DNA of 64,000 nucleotides from Lama guanicoe. Its lineage: Eukaryota. A program made the position numbers and the translations under genes. Location: NCBI GenBank assembly GCA_013239625.1, contig MU053482.1, positions 4,053,922 to 4,117,921 on the forward strand. Direction: 5' to 3'. Shown here one piece after another: positions 1-12,728 of this stretch (the stretch's first letter is position 1; each line of letters starts with the position of its first letter). The notes beneath the pieces are model-generated. The model saw only the letters and a list, made by a program, of their open reading frames with translations, was not told the DNA's origin and did not search any database.

Positions 1-95
1 GGGGTGATAATAGCCCTGCCTGACTGGGTTATAATGAATATGAAATGAGAAAATAAATGGGAAGTCCTTACCTCAGTGCCTGGCCAGAGAAGCAA
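1..95 (+). mobile_element. MIR SINE fragment
   Basis: gggtgataata...tgaaatgaga...cagtgcctggc resembles the MIR core. Confidence 0.55.
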
Positions 96-1675
96 GCTGC
101 CTGGCCTGTGACTTTCCCCCAGACACTGAGCGTGGTCCCGGTGAGCACAGCAGGTGAGCAGACACTGAACTTCAGCCCCCTTCCCAGACAGCGAGGGGGA
201 GGGGCCCAGAGCCCAGAGAGGGCAGGGCTGAGGAAAGCATGCCTACAGCAGGGGCTGACGCCACAGTGGCTGGAGGGGCCATGCAGTTTGGGCAGAAGAC
301 AGCAGTGACGGGTTTTGGTCCATGGGGTAGGCATGGCGCAGTGGGTAGGTGGCCTCTTGGCAGTAGTACCCCAGCCAATGGCGGACTTCAGAGCACCAGC
401 CTAGTGGACTGAGGTTCAAGGAAAGGCTCAGTCGCAGCTGGGAGTGAGACTTCTAGAGCAGCACAGGGGAATGCGGTGAAAGGTCAGGGTGGAAAGGTCA
501 AACATGTAACCCGTGTACGTGCTGCTTCTCTCTCCTGTCATCCACTGGTGCTCTTGCCTGTGGAAGCCAGAGCCTCAGAATCTTTCCTAACACACCAGTC
601 CAGGCAGCCAAGACCTACCAAACGCACTCAGATGGATGGACCCAGGTTGCTAGTCCAGCACTGCAAAGCCAGGGCCCATCTCAGCTCTTGTAGGGCTTTG
701 ATTGGGACCAACTCCCGGCTGCCACATGCTGGTCAGGAGGGGCTGAGGCTCTGGAAGGAGGCCTGAGTCTTGGTGACCCTAGAGGAGCTGGACAGCGGGG
801 GGAGGGCAAGGCTGCCGCCGTCCTCAAGGGACCCAGGCTGTGAGCGAGGAGCCCTCTCTCCCTCCCCTCTCTTTCACACCAACACAAGAGATAGTTCATG
901 GGAAAGGACGTGCATGGTGAATTTCAACGTGGGGGGCATTCAGAGACTGGGGGCGGGAGGGAGCTGGGGAGACGGGAGAGGCGGTCACGTGGCCGGGGGC
1001 CTCCAGAGCGGGGCGAGGCCGAGGGTGTGTGCTGGTTATTCTCTCTCTCCATTCTCTGTGCATCAAGGCTCCTTGGAACCCTGCCTCCAGTTAGGTTTGG
1101 CCAAAGGTAGGCTTTGGTAGAATGTCAGACAGCAGGAGGAAGGAGAAAGGAGGTGTTTTCCCCAAGTCTCAGTCCTGCCCCTGAAGGCTCCTCCCTGCTG
1201 GGCTCTGGGGGTTCCTCCCTTTGGCTGAGGACCCTGTTGGGAGGCCCCCTTCCAGGGCTGCAGCTGTCACTGAGGTTTGGAAGCACCCCTCCTTCTGCCC
1301 ATCAGCTCTAGGAGTGGGAACAGCTTCTTCAGTTACCTGCCCCCACCACCCGAGGGCGCACCTGGTCCAGCCCAGGGCCTGACTCACACGCTGAGCACAG
1401 ATGAGGCTTTTCTGCCCTAGGAGGGAAAGGGGTCAGGTTATACCAGGGGCATTTCCACGGTCAGGAACTGAACATGGACCAGGTGTGAGTAGAACGTCTT
1501 AGAGGAGCAGGAAATGTTGGGGAAGATAATTTCTGTGCTTCTCCTTGCTTTGGGGATCACTTCCTTAGAGTCCCCTTTTAGTAGTTCAGTCCCTTTTGGA
1601 AACCTCGGGTGCCTCACCAAGGAACCTGGGGATGGGATTTGGGTGCACACTTCAGACAGAGCACAAAGGGAGCAT

Positions 1676-1694
1676 AGTGCGCCCCCTAGGGGCT
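1676..1694 (-). promoter_or_regulatory. Candidate CTCF site
   Basis: Minus strand reads agCCCCTAGGGGGCGCact, close to the CCASYAGRKGGCRS consensus. Confidence 0.5.
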
Positions 1695-1902
1695 ATTGTG
1701 AAGGTGGCAGAAGCAGGAAGTGAACGGTCCCCAAGAGGAGGAAAGGGGAGGGATAGGGGACGGGGAGGGGCCCAGGGGAAACAGAATCTGGTCCACTTGG
1801 TTCAGCTGCCTCCTTCACCAGGAGTGGCTCCTCCTGGGAGAAAGTTCTGTGCTGTGGGCTGGATTCTGGATGTTTTCTACAAAAATGCTTTGTCAAAAGC
1901 AG

Positions 1903-2063
1903 CATCTGCTCTATAATTTGCTGGGTGGGCCCAGCACAAAATAAAAATTCAGAGCCCCTTGACTAGAAATTAATAAGAATTTCAGGATGATGACACCAGA
2001 GCATTAAACTGAGCTTGGGGTGGGTTGGGGGTGGACTCTCAGGGTCCCATGAAGCCACTTCTG
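1903..2063 (-). mobile_element. MER45A-like hAT DNA transposon
   Basis: tataatttg...gggcccagcacaaaataaaaatt...aagaatttcagga...cagagcattaaac...cccatgaagcc matches the reverse MER45A consensus as recalled. Confidence 0.7.
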
Positions 2064-2741
2064 GCCAGAGATTCTCCCTGTGGACACCATGGGTGGGCCC
2101 CCTCCCCTGGGTACAGCAACAGGGAGGTTGAGCAGAAAGACAGAGGCATTATGTTGTGACAGTCTTCAAAGTCCGGCCCCCAGGTGTGAGCACACTAGGC
2201 AATTTGAAAATAATACCCACGTGAGGGCTAATGCCTCCCTAGGTTCTTCCTGGGCAATCAGTTAGTGAAGCACCAAGGAAGGATATAATTTCTGTCTGTG
2301 GGTCGAAAAAGGTGGGCTGAGGCCAGAGGGCTGGGCAGCGGGTCCAGGGGTCTCGTGGGGCCAGGAGCTAGAGGTGTGCCCACTGCATTCCCCTCGTTCC
2401 TCCTGGGCTCTGAAGGCAGGAGAAGGAGCAGAGTTGAGGAGGACACAGTTTGGGGTGACTCTGTCCTGTGTTTGTTTTCCCGAGTTTTAGGCTGTGGTGA
2501 TCAGTCTGAGAAGCAAGCAAACAAACAGACTCTTAAGGGCAGAAAGTCTCTGTCTTGCCTCAGAACTCCCTCGAATCTCTTGCCTGTAATTAGAAAGAGA
2601 AGGTGAGAATAACAGGGCTCTGATTTCCAGTAGCCTCTGCTTCACGGGGCCCATGCTAGGTAATGTTAAATGATGCCAGCCTTGTGCCTATACAAAAGAG
2701 TTTTGGAGAGGGGGCAGAAATCACTTTTCTCTTTAGGGTCA

Positions 2742-2930
2742 GTATGTGTGTGTGCATGCACATCTCTGTGTGACATACTGCATGCGTGTGTGCACACTGG
2801 GTACATGAGGGGCTGTGTAAGCCTGTGTGGGTGTAGATAGAAGATGCATACGCATGTGTGTCTGTTACTTGTGAGCAAGCAGTTATCAGGATTGTGTGTG
2901 CGTTCACGCCTGCATGAGAGTCTGTGTGTG
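2742..2930. repeat. Degenerate TG/CA-rich low-complexity tract
   Basis: Many gtgtgt/gcatgc alternating purine-pyrimidine runs. Confidence 0.6.
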
Positions 2931-3589
2931 AGTAGATTCTGGTTAGATTACATCCTGCTCCAGTCAGTCTTGTTTGTTGTAAAAGCAGGGAGAGGAATCA
3001 GCAGCCGGAGCGCGGTTGGGTCCAGGATGAGGAGGGCTGTCTGGGGTGCCTGTCTGGGTCATGGCCACGTTCGTGCTCCCTCACGATGGGTCCGCCGCCT
3101 CTGTTCGTCAGCACCTTTCTCTTTGCTCGCTGTGGTTTCCCCGGGCAACTCAGCATGCGTAGACTCTGGCTCTATATGTGGCCATGGCTCCCAGCTTTCT
3201 TCACCAACTGGATATTCTTTCTGTGTCATGGTGCCAGTTGGCAGGAAGAATCTGACTGGCCCGGCTCACCTCCCTGTGTTGAGTCAGCGATCGCTGGCCA
3301 GCCTCTGCACACCTGCCCTTGGGTCAGGGGAATCAGCTATGGCGAGACAGAGCATGGTCATGGTACAAACAGGGTCACTGCTGGGACTGAGGTTGGGACA
3401 GTTTTCCCTAAAAGGAGTGATGAACATCCTAGGTCCTTATGCACAAAGTCCCTGTCTCCCACTCAGTGCCCGCCCCTCTCCCAGTGGAGGCCAGGACAGC
3501 CGGAGCTGCCCCACAGGCAGGATTTGCCCGGCAAGGCAGCCTCCTGGGGCCTGGGGTCTTTTCTTGGCCACCTGCCCTTCTCTGTTCCC

Positions 3590-3997
3590 CTGTATGGATT
3601 GAATTGTGTCCCCCCCATTAACATGTTGAAGTCCTTATGCCCAGTACCTCGGAATGCGACCTTATTTGGAAACAGCGTCTTTACAGAGGCACTGAAGCTA
3701 AAATGAGGGCATTCAGATGGGCCCCAATCCAATATGACTGGTGTCCTTATAAGGAGAAGAAAGCTGGACAGAGACACAGAGGGAAGACGGTGTGAAGAGA
3801 CCCAGGGAGAAGACGGCTGCTCACCAGCCTGGGAGAGAGGCCTAGCCTGGGCCTCCCCTCACAGCCCTCAGGGGAACCAGCCCTGCTAGCACCTTGATCT
3901 TGAATTTCTGGGCTCCAGGACTGTGAGACTACACACCTCTGTTGTTTAAGCCATCCAGGCTCTGGCACTTTATCACAGAGGCTCCAACAAACTAATA
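3590..3997 (+). mobile_element. MLT1 (MaLR) solo LTR, MLT1A/B/C-like
   Basis: Starts tgtatggattgaattgtgtcccc, contains gaccttatttggaaacag and caccttgatcttgaatttctgg, ends aaactaata. Confidence 0.85.
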
Positions 3998-6019
3998 TCC
4001 CTCCCAAGGAAAACTTCTTGAAAAAAAGGAAAGAAGTCATGGGACACCAGCATCCTCAGAGGGTGGGCTCTGGTTACAGGTGTCAGCGAGGGTGACAGCC
4101 GGGAAGCCGGGGCTCCTCACACCCGCACCCACCCCGGTGTCTAAGGCCCCAGGCCCTGGGCGCTTCCGAGACTCAGCCTCTGGACTCATTGCAGGAGGGA
4201 GCTCTGAGCCTGGTGCCTGAGCTGGGCAATTACCAGCTTTGGTGAGACTCACTGAAAGCTGTAGGCCAGGGAAAAATTGGATCTTATTGGCATTTGAGAA
4301 GGACGCTGTGAGCACTTCAGTGTGGAGGGCAGATGAAGTTGGGGTTGGGGAGGCTGAAGGTGGGAGGCAGGGTCCTGTGAGTGATGGAGAGGCCCGGGGA
4401 GGGGACTGCAGAGCTGTTTAGGAGGCATCACTGTCACGATGTACTGACAGGATATGGGGCTGAGGAGTGGGGGGAGTTAGGGTCGAGGGGAGGACTCTGA
4501 CTGGAGCACTTGGAAGATGGGGGTGCTGGTCACTGGTGAGGAGGAGGAGTAGGTCTGTTTTCTGCGCATCAGATCAGCACAGTCCAGGGCCCGCCATCAA
4601 TGACATTGGACCTGGGCACAGGGGAGGGGCTGGGTATAGTTGTGGATTGGGTGTCACTGGTGTCCGGGTGGCACCGTGTGTGGGAGGAGTGGGCATGAGC
4701 TGCTTGCCCCAGGAGCAGAGCTAGAGACTAGTGCCTGGGAGGTGACTGGGGCGAGCACAGGAGGGAAATGACACGGGGAGGGAGGAAAGTCAGTAAAGGG
4801 ATATTGGGGTGGCCACCAGGCTCAGACCCACTGGAGACCTTTGGGAGACTGGGGGATCTAGCCTCACACTTGCACCCCTGAAGGGTGAGGAGGTCCATCC
4901 CTCGTTGATCGGGGGTTGTTCCTGAGGTCTAAACCCTAATGCTTCCGGTTTGCCCCCACACAGGCAGGAGCAGGTGCCTGTGGCCATAGAAAGGCCTCAG
5001 GCAGAGACGCAGGAGCCGCAGGAGTCAGAGGACTGGGACTGTTGGCAGGTGACCTTCGACGTCAATCAGGATGGGGCCAGGTCACTGCTGGCCTCTGTCA
5101 CTGTATCTGCAAATAATTTTGTCCATCTTCTAGGGGGCAGCGAGGAGCCTGGCTTCCTCCTTCACCGGTCCTAACACGTGGGACCAGGGGCAGGGGAGGA
5201 GGAAGGCTGGGCCGAGTGGCAGAACTGGGCTGTGGGCCAGGCATCAGGGCTGGCTGTCCAGGGGGTCTTGGAACACAGGCTAGAAGAGGCCTTTTATGTC
5301 AGAAAATGTTATTTAATGTGCAGATTGTCAAGAAACATAATGATCTCACTCTGGGGTGTTCAAGAACCCTAAACAGCTGCTAATTAGCTGACAGCAATAG
5401 TGGGGAAAGGCAGCCAGCTGCTGGGATGGGAGGGGGCTGGACGTGGGCTGAGGCTTCTTCACCCTCCTCTTTCCTTCACGCTCTTACCTCCTGCCTGCCG
5501 CCAACCTCAGCACTGCCACTTTGAGACATGTGACCTTGGACTTCTTACCTTATACCTCCAAGATGTAGCAGAGCCTGGACTGGCCACGTGACCCCAGGCC
5601 CAGGAGTCAGGGCCCTCAAAGCCATCTCAGAGCTTCTTCTCCCCCAACGGCCTGGGCATCTGGGCTCAGGGAGACGGTGAGTTGATGTCCCAGAGGATGT
5701 TGATGTCCTGTGTCCTGTTTTAACGGCCCCCATATTAGCTTACAGTGAGGATGCCCTTTTCAGGTTTGCTTCTCAGGACGTGGATGCTGTTGGCAGTGGT
5801 TGATATCGGGTGCCTCTGAGTGGAGTTTGTAGGGCGTGGGCCTGGGTAGCAATGAGTGTGATGATGAGTGCCTCCAGGCAGATGGTGTAGATACAAGTGG
5901 GTATTAGTCAGGTCGCGTGAGCTCTGGATGGGACAGGCATGATCAAGTGTGGATGGAATCAGTTACAAAGGTGTGGAGATCGGTGACAGCAACTGGGTGT
6001 CAGGGTGTCAATGGATGAA

Positions 6020-6270
6020 ATAATAAGAGCTAAGACTTTATGGCATTTATTCTGTACCTGTCTCTGTTCTAAGTGTTTTACACAAATTTACTCACCTACT
6101 TTCCACAACAACCCCATAAAAGGTACAACATTAGTCTCCCTGGTTTTTAAGGGGAGGAAATGAAGGCACAGAGAGGTCAAGGAGCCGCCCAAGATCATCC
6201 AGCTAGTAAACGGCAGGCTGGGGCTTGAACTTGGGCTGTCTGGCTCCAGAGTCCATGCTCTTGGTCCTTC
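6020..6270 (-). mobile_element. MIR SINE
   Basis: gaggaaatgaaggcacagagaggtcaagg...cccaagatc..ccagctagtaa is the MIR core. Confidence 0.75.
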
Positions 6271-6455
6271 TGCTCTACACTAGGGATACGGTGGAGCAGT
6301 GGAGGTGTGAGTGGGTGGCCGCAGGGGCACTCTGGATTGTGGCAGGAAGTGGAGGTGACGGACAGGTGGAATGCATGGAGGAAGTTGCTGGGGATGGAAG
6401 CCTGGACAGGTACAGGAGGGCGGTCACGTGTGGACTGACTGAGGGTCGTGCTAAG

Positions 6456-6610
6456 CGAGTGTTTCTCAAACTTCAGCAGGGAATCAGAATCACCTGGAGC
6501 GCTCGTTCAAGCCTAGATGGTTTCTGATTCAGGACGCTCATGTGGGGCTTTAGAATTGCTCGTCTAAGCAACCAGATGGGGCTTCTGCTGTAGGCAAGTG
6601 TCACTGCTAA
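6456..6610. mobile_element. MER5A-like hAT-Charlie element
   Basis: agtgtttctcaaactt...atcagaatcacctggag...tttctgattcag. Confidence 0.6.
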
Positions 6611-7024
6611 GAGCCTAAGCAGGAGGGGACAGCTTTGGGAGGTGAAGGAGGTGACTTCAGGAGAGGGCAGTTCGGTCTGGAGCCCAGCGGATGGCGCTCC
6701 AGCGGCCCGTGAACAATCCCGATTTCTCAGGATGGAGAGCTGAGACTCTTTCTGGAGGTGGCGCCTGGTGTGGGAGAGGCAAGAGGGAACCTTCTCTCTC
6801 GAGGTGGCACCGCAGTCAGGGTGCCCTTCTCGCCGCCCTGGGCCTCCTAGAGAAAGCTGGCAACTTGCACAACAAGCTCCCCGAGTCTGCAGGGGCTTAA
6901 AGTCTCCTTTCTCAGGGATATGGAGCAGGGAGGGCCAACAGGTACATCACTTTGGCTACAAGAACCCCAAGTTCAGGGGAGTCAGGCCCGAATCTCCACC
7001 GAGCACCAAATAACTGCCAAACCC

Positions 7025-7308
7025 TTTTCTTAATCAATAGTAGTTTATTGTCAGTTATAAATATTTTTCCACATGTCCCCTATTTACAGTTGCAAAATAG
7101 TTTTTGATATGACACCCTCACCCACCATTCAGCATCTTTCTATAAACTCCGTGAAAATTGAATAGGAAATAAAGAGCTCTTTGGGGGGCCCACTAACCTG
7201 GTTCCCCAGACTCCAAACAACCCCACACGGACAGCAGGCAACGTTGCAGCAGGTGCTACACAGTAGCAAAGGGCAGGGGGGCAGGGGTGGGGGGCGCTCC
7301 CAGCAGGG
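7025..7308 (-). other. GALNT18: GALNT18 3'UTR (about 280 nt)
   Basis: Lies between the stop codon and AATAAA and becomes AT-rich towards its end. The cleavage site is inferred ~15-25 nt past the signal. Confidence 0.75.
7044..7049 (-). terminator. Polyadenylation signal AATAAA of GALNT18
   Basis: tttatt on the plus strand ~260 nt past the stop; the minus strand continues into a GU-rich stretch (gggtttgg). Confidence 0.8.
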
Positions 7309-7455
7309 TCAGGATGCCAGGCTCCTCAGGACGTTGGTGATGCTCCAGTGCTGGCCGGAGCACCTCTGCAGCACCAGCTGGAAGCCGAACTCCGAGTCGC
7401 TGTTCTCCTGCAGCTCCAGACAGCGCTTGGACTTGCGGTTCTGGATGGGGCCTCC
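7309..7455 (-). CDS. GALNT18: GALNT18 last coding exon, lectin gamma repeat: GGPIQNRKSKRCLELQENSDSEFGFQLVLQRCSGQHWSITNVLRSLAS*
   Basis: 147 nt = 48 codons + TGA (7309-7311). Acceptor ctcctag|GGA with a polypyrimidine tract and a CTGAC branch-like motif upstream. CLE and QHW motifs. Translated by hand; this frame is missing from the ORF track. Confidence 0.96.
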   Translation of the reverse strand, partial: GGPIQNRKSKRCLELQENSDSEFGFQLVLQRCSGQHWSITNVLRSLAS

Positions 7456-8764
7456 CTAGGAGCCGGGGTGGAAAGTGAGGTCAGAGGGCGTCGGGGTGCC
7501 TCAGGCCTAGTGGCTGGTGGGAACTGTCTGTGTGTGCAGCTGCCTGGGAGCTCTGGGGTCAGCATTCCCACGAAGCCTGAGGCTCCCCGTTCTCAAGGTG
7601 CTGCTCTCCTCCCTAAGACTGAACTTGTGCCTCAGTTTTCTTCGTAGAGTCTGAGTTCTCTGCTGGGACAGACACCCCACCCCAGCTTCCGTCTTGCTGA
7701 CTGGTTTGCTCCTACAGGACCTGCCCTGGTGGCTGGGCCCTGCTCCCCTTAACTGTGGGGCCTGTCCCCCAAATCCTAGTTCCCTAAGACCATCCCATGA
7801 TTGGCCTGAATTTGAGCATCACGAGAGGCCCAGGACCTCCTGCTCTGAGCGTCCCCATACTGGACCTCTTGAGTCATCAGTGCTGGCCTCCACCAAACCC
7901 AGGCTCCTAGATACCGTCTTAAGGCACTGGGCTCCCTTGGCCCTGGACATGCATGGTTTCCCTCCATGCTACTGATGTCCCAGAATGTTCTGCAGCCATA
8001 GATACTCGGTTCATGCCCAAAGCCCCTTGAAAGAAGGGGTGTTCTGCTTCCCAATGCAGCCCTACAGCAGCAAAGATAAAACCCCCAAATTTTGTTTTTA
8101 GTGAGATCCTTGCAGGCCTTAGACACTCTAGGGCTGCTGGTTGGCACCCGGGCATCAGCTGGACTGTTTGAGTGTCTCTGAGTTACACCAAAGATGTGTT
8201 CAGCTGGCCTTTGGCTTCCCACGCAGGCAGGTTCTTATAAGTGGGCCCCCTGTAGCTTAATGGTACTTGAGTATATGGTGAAAGTCACCTTTTCCCCAGA
8301 ATATTCTCCTCTGGTGTTTCCCATCTCAGCAATAACCAGGCATCTCTACTGACACCTCTGCCTTCTCCCCAGCATCTGATCAGGTGCTGACTCCTGCCAA
8401 TCCCACCTCCCTCCTGCCTTATGATTGTCTTCTTATCCTGATCCCATCATACCTGCCCTGATTGGGATCACTGTCCTTTGTCACCTGGACAATGGCATCA
8501 GCCTCCTAACTGTCCCCCCTTCCCCCTCCAGAAGCAGGACTCTGCAGTCCACCCACAGCTGCCCCTGTGCCCGTCCCAGTGAACCGCACACTGAGACGGG
8601 GGATGCACACCTCTTCTGTAAGGAAGTCATCCCCTGTCTGCCACTACCATCCCTGTGACGACCACTGAGACTCAGTTCTCACATCTGCCAAAGACACTGA
8701 CAGTATCTACCACATGCCTGCCACCCACTGATCCCGTGCCCAGGTAGTTATCTGGCAGAACTGT

Positions 8765-9250
8765 GTGCACCAATTCTGAAACACAATTGTAAAAGCTTCA
8801 ACCTGGAAACAGTGCAGACGTCCAGCCATAGTAGAATGGATAAATAATGTGGTTATTCACAGAACAGGATGCTACTCAGCATTACAAATGAGCAAACCAG
8901 AGCTCCACTCAATAAGGATAAATCTCACAAATATCATGCTGGCAAAAGAAGCCAGACAAAGAATCCATACGCAATTCTACTTAAATATTTCCAAACAGGC
9001 AGAATATGACCACAGTGTGAGAGTCGGGAGAGGGGTTACCCTGGGGAAGAGGGAGTGGGAAAATGATGGACAGGAGGCAAAGGCGGGCTTCTTGGGGGGT
9101 TGGGAGTGTGCTATTTCCTGACCTGGATGGTAGTTACATAGATATTGGCTTTGTTTGAAATTACTGAGTTGAACATTTATTTTTGTATGTATCTTTGCAT
9201 GTTCCTTTATGCATATGTGTTTTTCTTCAACTAAAAAAAATTAAAACAAA
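8765..9250 (+). mobile_element. Old L1 (L1ME/MC-like) 3' fragment
   Basis: tagtagaatggataaataatgtggttattc...ataaatctcacaaat...aaagaagccagaca, ending in an A-rich tail. Confidence 0.75.
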
Positions 9251-11699
9251 AATCCAGCTCCTTGAGAAAGGGTTTTGAGTGTGGCTGAAGGAGGCAGGGA
9301 GTGGGGAGCTGGGTGGCAGAGTGGGGGTCAGGAGTCTATTTATGTGTGTGGGGGGTGGGGAGGTGTGGGATGCCCAATTTCCTATGTGTGGGAGACATCC
9401 CGGGGGCCACAGACCTCCTCAGAAGCACCCGCGTGAGTAAAGCAGCCCCTCCCCCAACACCCCGACCCCAGCATCTCCCCTGAGCAGAGCAGGGAATCGC
9501 GGCTCCCGAGAGCAGAGACAGCAGAACAAAGGAGGACAGAGATGGCTGCTCCTCTGGGGCCCACAGATGCAGCCTGAGAGAAGCCTGCAGGCTCAGGCCC
9601 TGAGGGGACAGAGGAAAGGCTGGCCCCCAGTCGAGGGCTCAGAAAGGACCCGGGTGTCCCCTGCTGGGGGAGACTTGGAAGGCTGGCCTTCTTGCCCTCA
9701 CCTGTAAGTAGACCAGCCTCGATGCTTCAGCTCAGCAGGGCCCCCAGGCCCAGGCACCAGCCCTCCGGGCTGAGCACTCTTCCCTGGGCCGCACCGTCTC
9801 TGGAGCATTCTCCTCCAATGACTCAAATCCTTGTCTTGGGGGCACCCAGCCAGGCGCCCCAGGCCATGCCCTCTGGTTTCCACACTGGGGGCGGCTCCTG
9901 TTTCTCCACCTCCTCCCTTCCCACAGGGACAGCTGAGGCCCAGGTCCCCCAGTTCTGCGCTTTACCAGGGGAAACATTCACAGTTCCTTGTGGGACACTC
10001 GGTAGAATTTTTCCATCCTGGTTGCCCTCCTGTGGACAAACGCCACTTGTTCTGTGTCCCTCAGAACTGACCACGGAGCAGAGGGCCACTACCTCTTTTC
10101 CCCAGGATGAGAGGCTCCTTCAACATTGCCCAGGATTCTGCACTTTTGCTGGCCATACCACGCTCCTGAACCCCAATGGGATGACTGCAGAGGCCAGCCC
10201 CAAAGCTGTGGTCCACCTTGGGTCCCCACCTGTCCCTCAAAGACTGGACTTGTAAACCGAGAGGCATCACTTGTGACTCTTGCTCTAAGCAAGGCCACCA
10301 CGTCACTCCACCAGGCCCAGGTTCCTATGGCTCCTGTCTCTATGGTCTGGACGCTTGGCCACTCACACCCAGGATGGGCTGTGTCACTGGTGCTTCTTTA
10401 GTGGGCCCGGGGCCAGCCTCCCCTGACCCTCCAACATCCCTGGCAACTCAGTGGTGTGTCCTACCTGTTTTGCTGGAATAGAGCTCAGGCAGTGTGGGAA
10501 TGAACCAGCCCAGCTCTCTAACCCCCAAAGTCTGCCGGCAATTTGGATGGTGAGACAGAAAGGGGAGAGGGCTGAATTAAGATCCTTTTCTGGTTGCTTT
10601 TCTGGCTGTGTGGCCTGGGGCAAGATGCCCCGGCCTTCTGGTTGCATTGTCTCTAGGGCCAGATAATAATTTCTGTCCTGATTACTGGAGGATAAGCTGC
10701 AGGACTGATGGGCAACCTCTTTATCAGCTATAAAATAACAAACGGATGTGAGACTATCACAGTATCAGGAGGAGAGCTCTAGAAAAAGTGCACAACAGGC
10801 AGAAAGAGGGGCCAGGCCGAGTGCCCCGTCCACTCCGCTGAAGATGCTGACTGCTCAGAAATCCTCACGGCCAGCCGGCTCGGGCCAGGCCTTGCCAACA
10901 GCGAAGCTGCTTCACTGACCCCAGACCGCTGAAGCTGGGAGAAATCTGTCCAGAACAGAAGACGCCACAGCCCCCTCCTTTCCCACCAGCCTCTCAGGCA
11001 CATTGAAAGCCTTCCACGGGGGCACCGTGCCAAGGCCGAGAGAGGGAGAGGGCAGAGGTCTCAGAGAAGTGAAGTGTCCCTTCAGAGACTCGAGTACGAC
11101 ATTTCCCAGGCCCTGCCCTGGCCCAGCCGTGCCCTCGGCTCCCTAGAGACAGGAAGTGCGGCCACCCCGTGGCAGAAACAGCCTGTGTGGCCTCCGGGAA
11201 AGATGTGGAAGAAATGGAGTGAGGCCGAGAGCAGGGCTGTGGAGGAGACAACCTCAGTGAGAGTGCCTGGGCCTGTGGTGAGGGTGGAGTATGAGGCCGG
11301 GGAGCTCCCTCCCTGGACTCTCAGAGAGGAGAGTCTTCTAGAAGAGAGTGTTAGGGCCGCCTTGGAGGCCTCACTGAGCCGAGCCTTGGTGTGTCTTGAG
11401 ACGTATCTGGGGTATGGAGAGGGGGCCAGCCCACCCTTTGGTGCTAGAGCCGCACCAGCCATGGCCAGTCTCCCTCCCGTCCTCCTCCTGGGACCTCAGC
11501 CTCAGTCACTGAACAAACTCTGGGCTCTCACCCTCTCTCTGGGCAAATGGGCAAATTCCATTCACCGAGGTTGCCAAGGAGGCTTCCCTTCCCCCACTCA
11601 GTCCCTCCCTGGTGAGCTGCGCACTCCTGGGTTACTGTCTGTACCTCTGTCTGCAGGCTCTGCACCTGAGATCAAAGTATTTAAGGCTTATCTACCACG

Positions 11700-11870
11700 T
11701 CCCCAGCACCGTGTCAGGTGCTTCACACACTCAGTCTCGCAGATTCCTCACTGAGGGGTGCAGATGATAATTATCCCCATTTTGTAGACTTGGAGGCTGA
11801 GGCTTAGAGAGGTGGGGTCGCACAGTCAGTCAGTGGTAGAACCAGGCTGGGAGTCCAGGAGTCTGTCCCC
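11700..11870 (-). mobile_element. MIR SINE
   Basis: ttatccccattttgtaga...gaggctgaggcttagagaggt. Confidence 0.65.
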
Positions 11871-12261
11871 TTCACTGTTCCTCCCTAGGATGAGCGGCCA
11901 GGCCCGCCCTGCTGTTTATCCATCCCCACGCCGGCCTCAAGGGAGTGGACTTGCCGGAGAGCTGCTGGTGCCCTACTGCCTAGGCTGGGGGAAGGTCATC
12001 TGGACGAGCCTCAGGGGCTCTGGGGCACCAGTTGGGTCCAGTTCTTTTGTGTGCTCTCCGCAGACATGATTCATCCATCTATCCATCCATCCAATATATA
12101 ATGAGTGCCTGCCACGAGCCAGGAACGGTTCCCGGCCTCCGAGCTACATCAGTGACTAAATAAGAGAAGATCTTCGTTTTTGTGTCTTCTAGGAGGGGGA
12201 GCAGACAGTAAATTCTACAGTGTTAGAGGGAGCTTGGGCTGGACACAAAAGTGTAGAGCAG

Positions 12262-12600
12262 TGCTGCGGACTGACTGTGTCCCCCTTCAAATTCATGTAT
12301 CGAAGCCCTGATCCCCAGTGTGATGGGAGGTGGGGCCTTTGGGAGGTAGTCAGTCATGAGGGTGGAGCCCGTGTGGTGGGATTAGTGCCCTCAGCAGAAG
12401 ACACACAGGAGGGTTAATCTCTTTCTTTGTCATGTGAGGACGCAGTGAGAAGGTGGCCATATGAAAACCAGGAGGAGGGCTCTCACCAGACACCAGGTCT
12501 GTGGGCACCTTGATCTTGTACTTCCCAGCCTCTAGAACAACTAAATGCTTGTTGGTCAAGCTTCCCTGTCTCTGCTCTTGTTACAGCAGCCTGGATGGAC
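12262..12600 (+). mobile_element. MLT1A-like solo LTR
   Basis: tgtgtccccc..aaattcatgt...ggtggggcctttgggagg...ctctcaccagacac...caccttgatcttgtacttcccagcctctagaac. Confidence 0.85.
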
Positions 12601-12728
12601 TCGGACCAGCAGGGTGCGAGGGTTCGGGAGCGGTGGTGAGCAGGAGACAGATGATCCTCACTGAGGAGGTGAGAGCAGGGCAAAGATGTGAGGGAGGAGA
12701 GGAGGAGCCCAGGGTGTACCTGGGGGGG

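Noticed and set aside
2844..3706. Long overlapping ORFs (252 aa and 206 aa)
   Set aside because: No recognisable domain; they start in TG-rich low-complexity DNA or run into an MLT1 LTR. Consistent with chance ORFs in GC-rich DNA.
11074..11754. 226-aa ORF antisense to the GALNT18 intron
   Set aside because: No homology that I recognise; ends in a MIR; no supporting gene structure.
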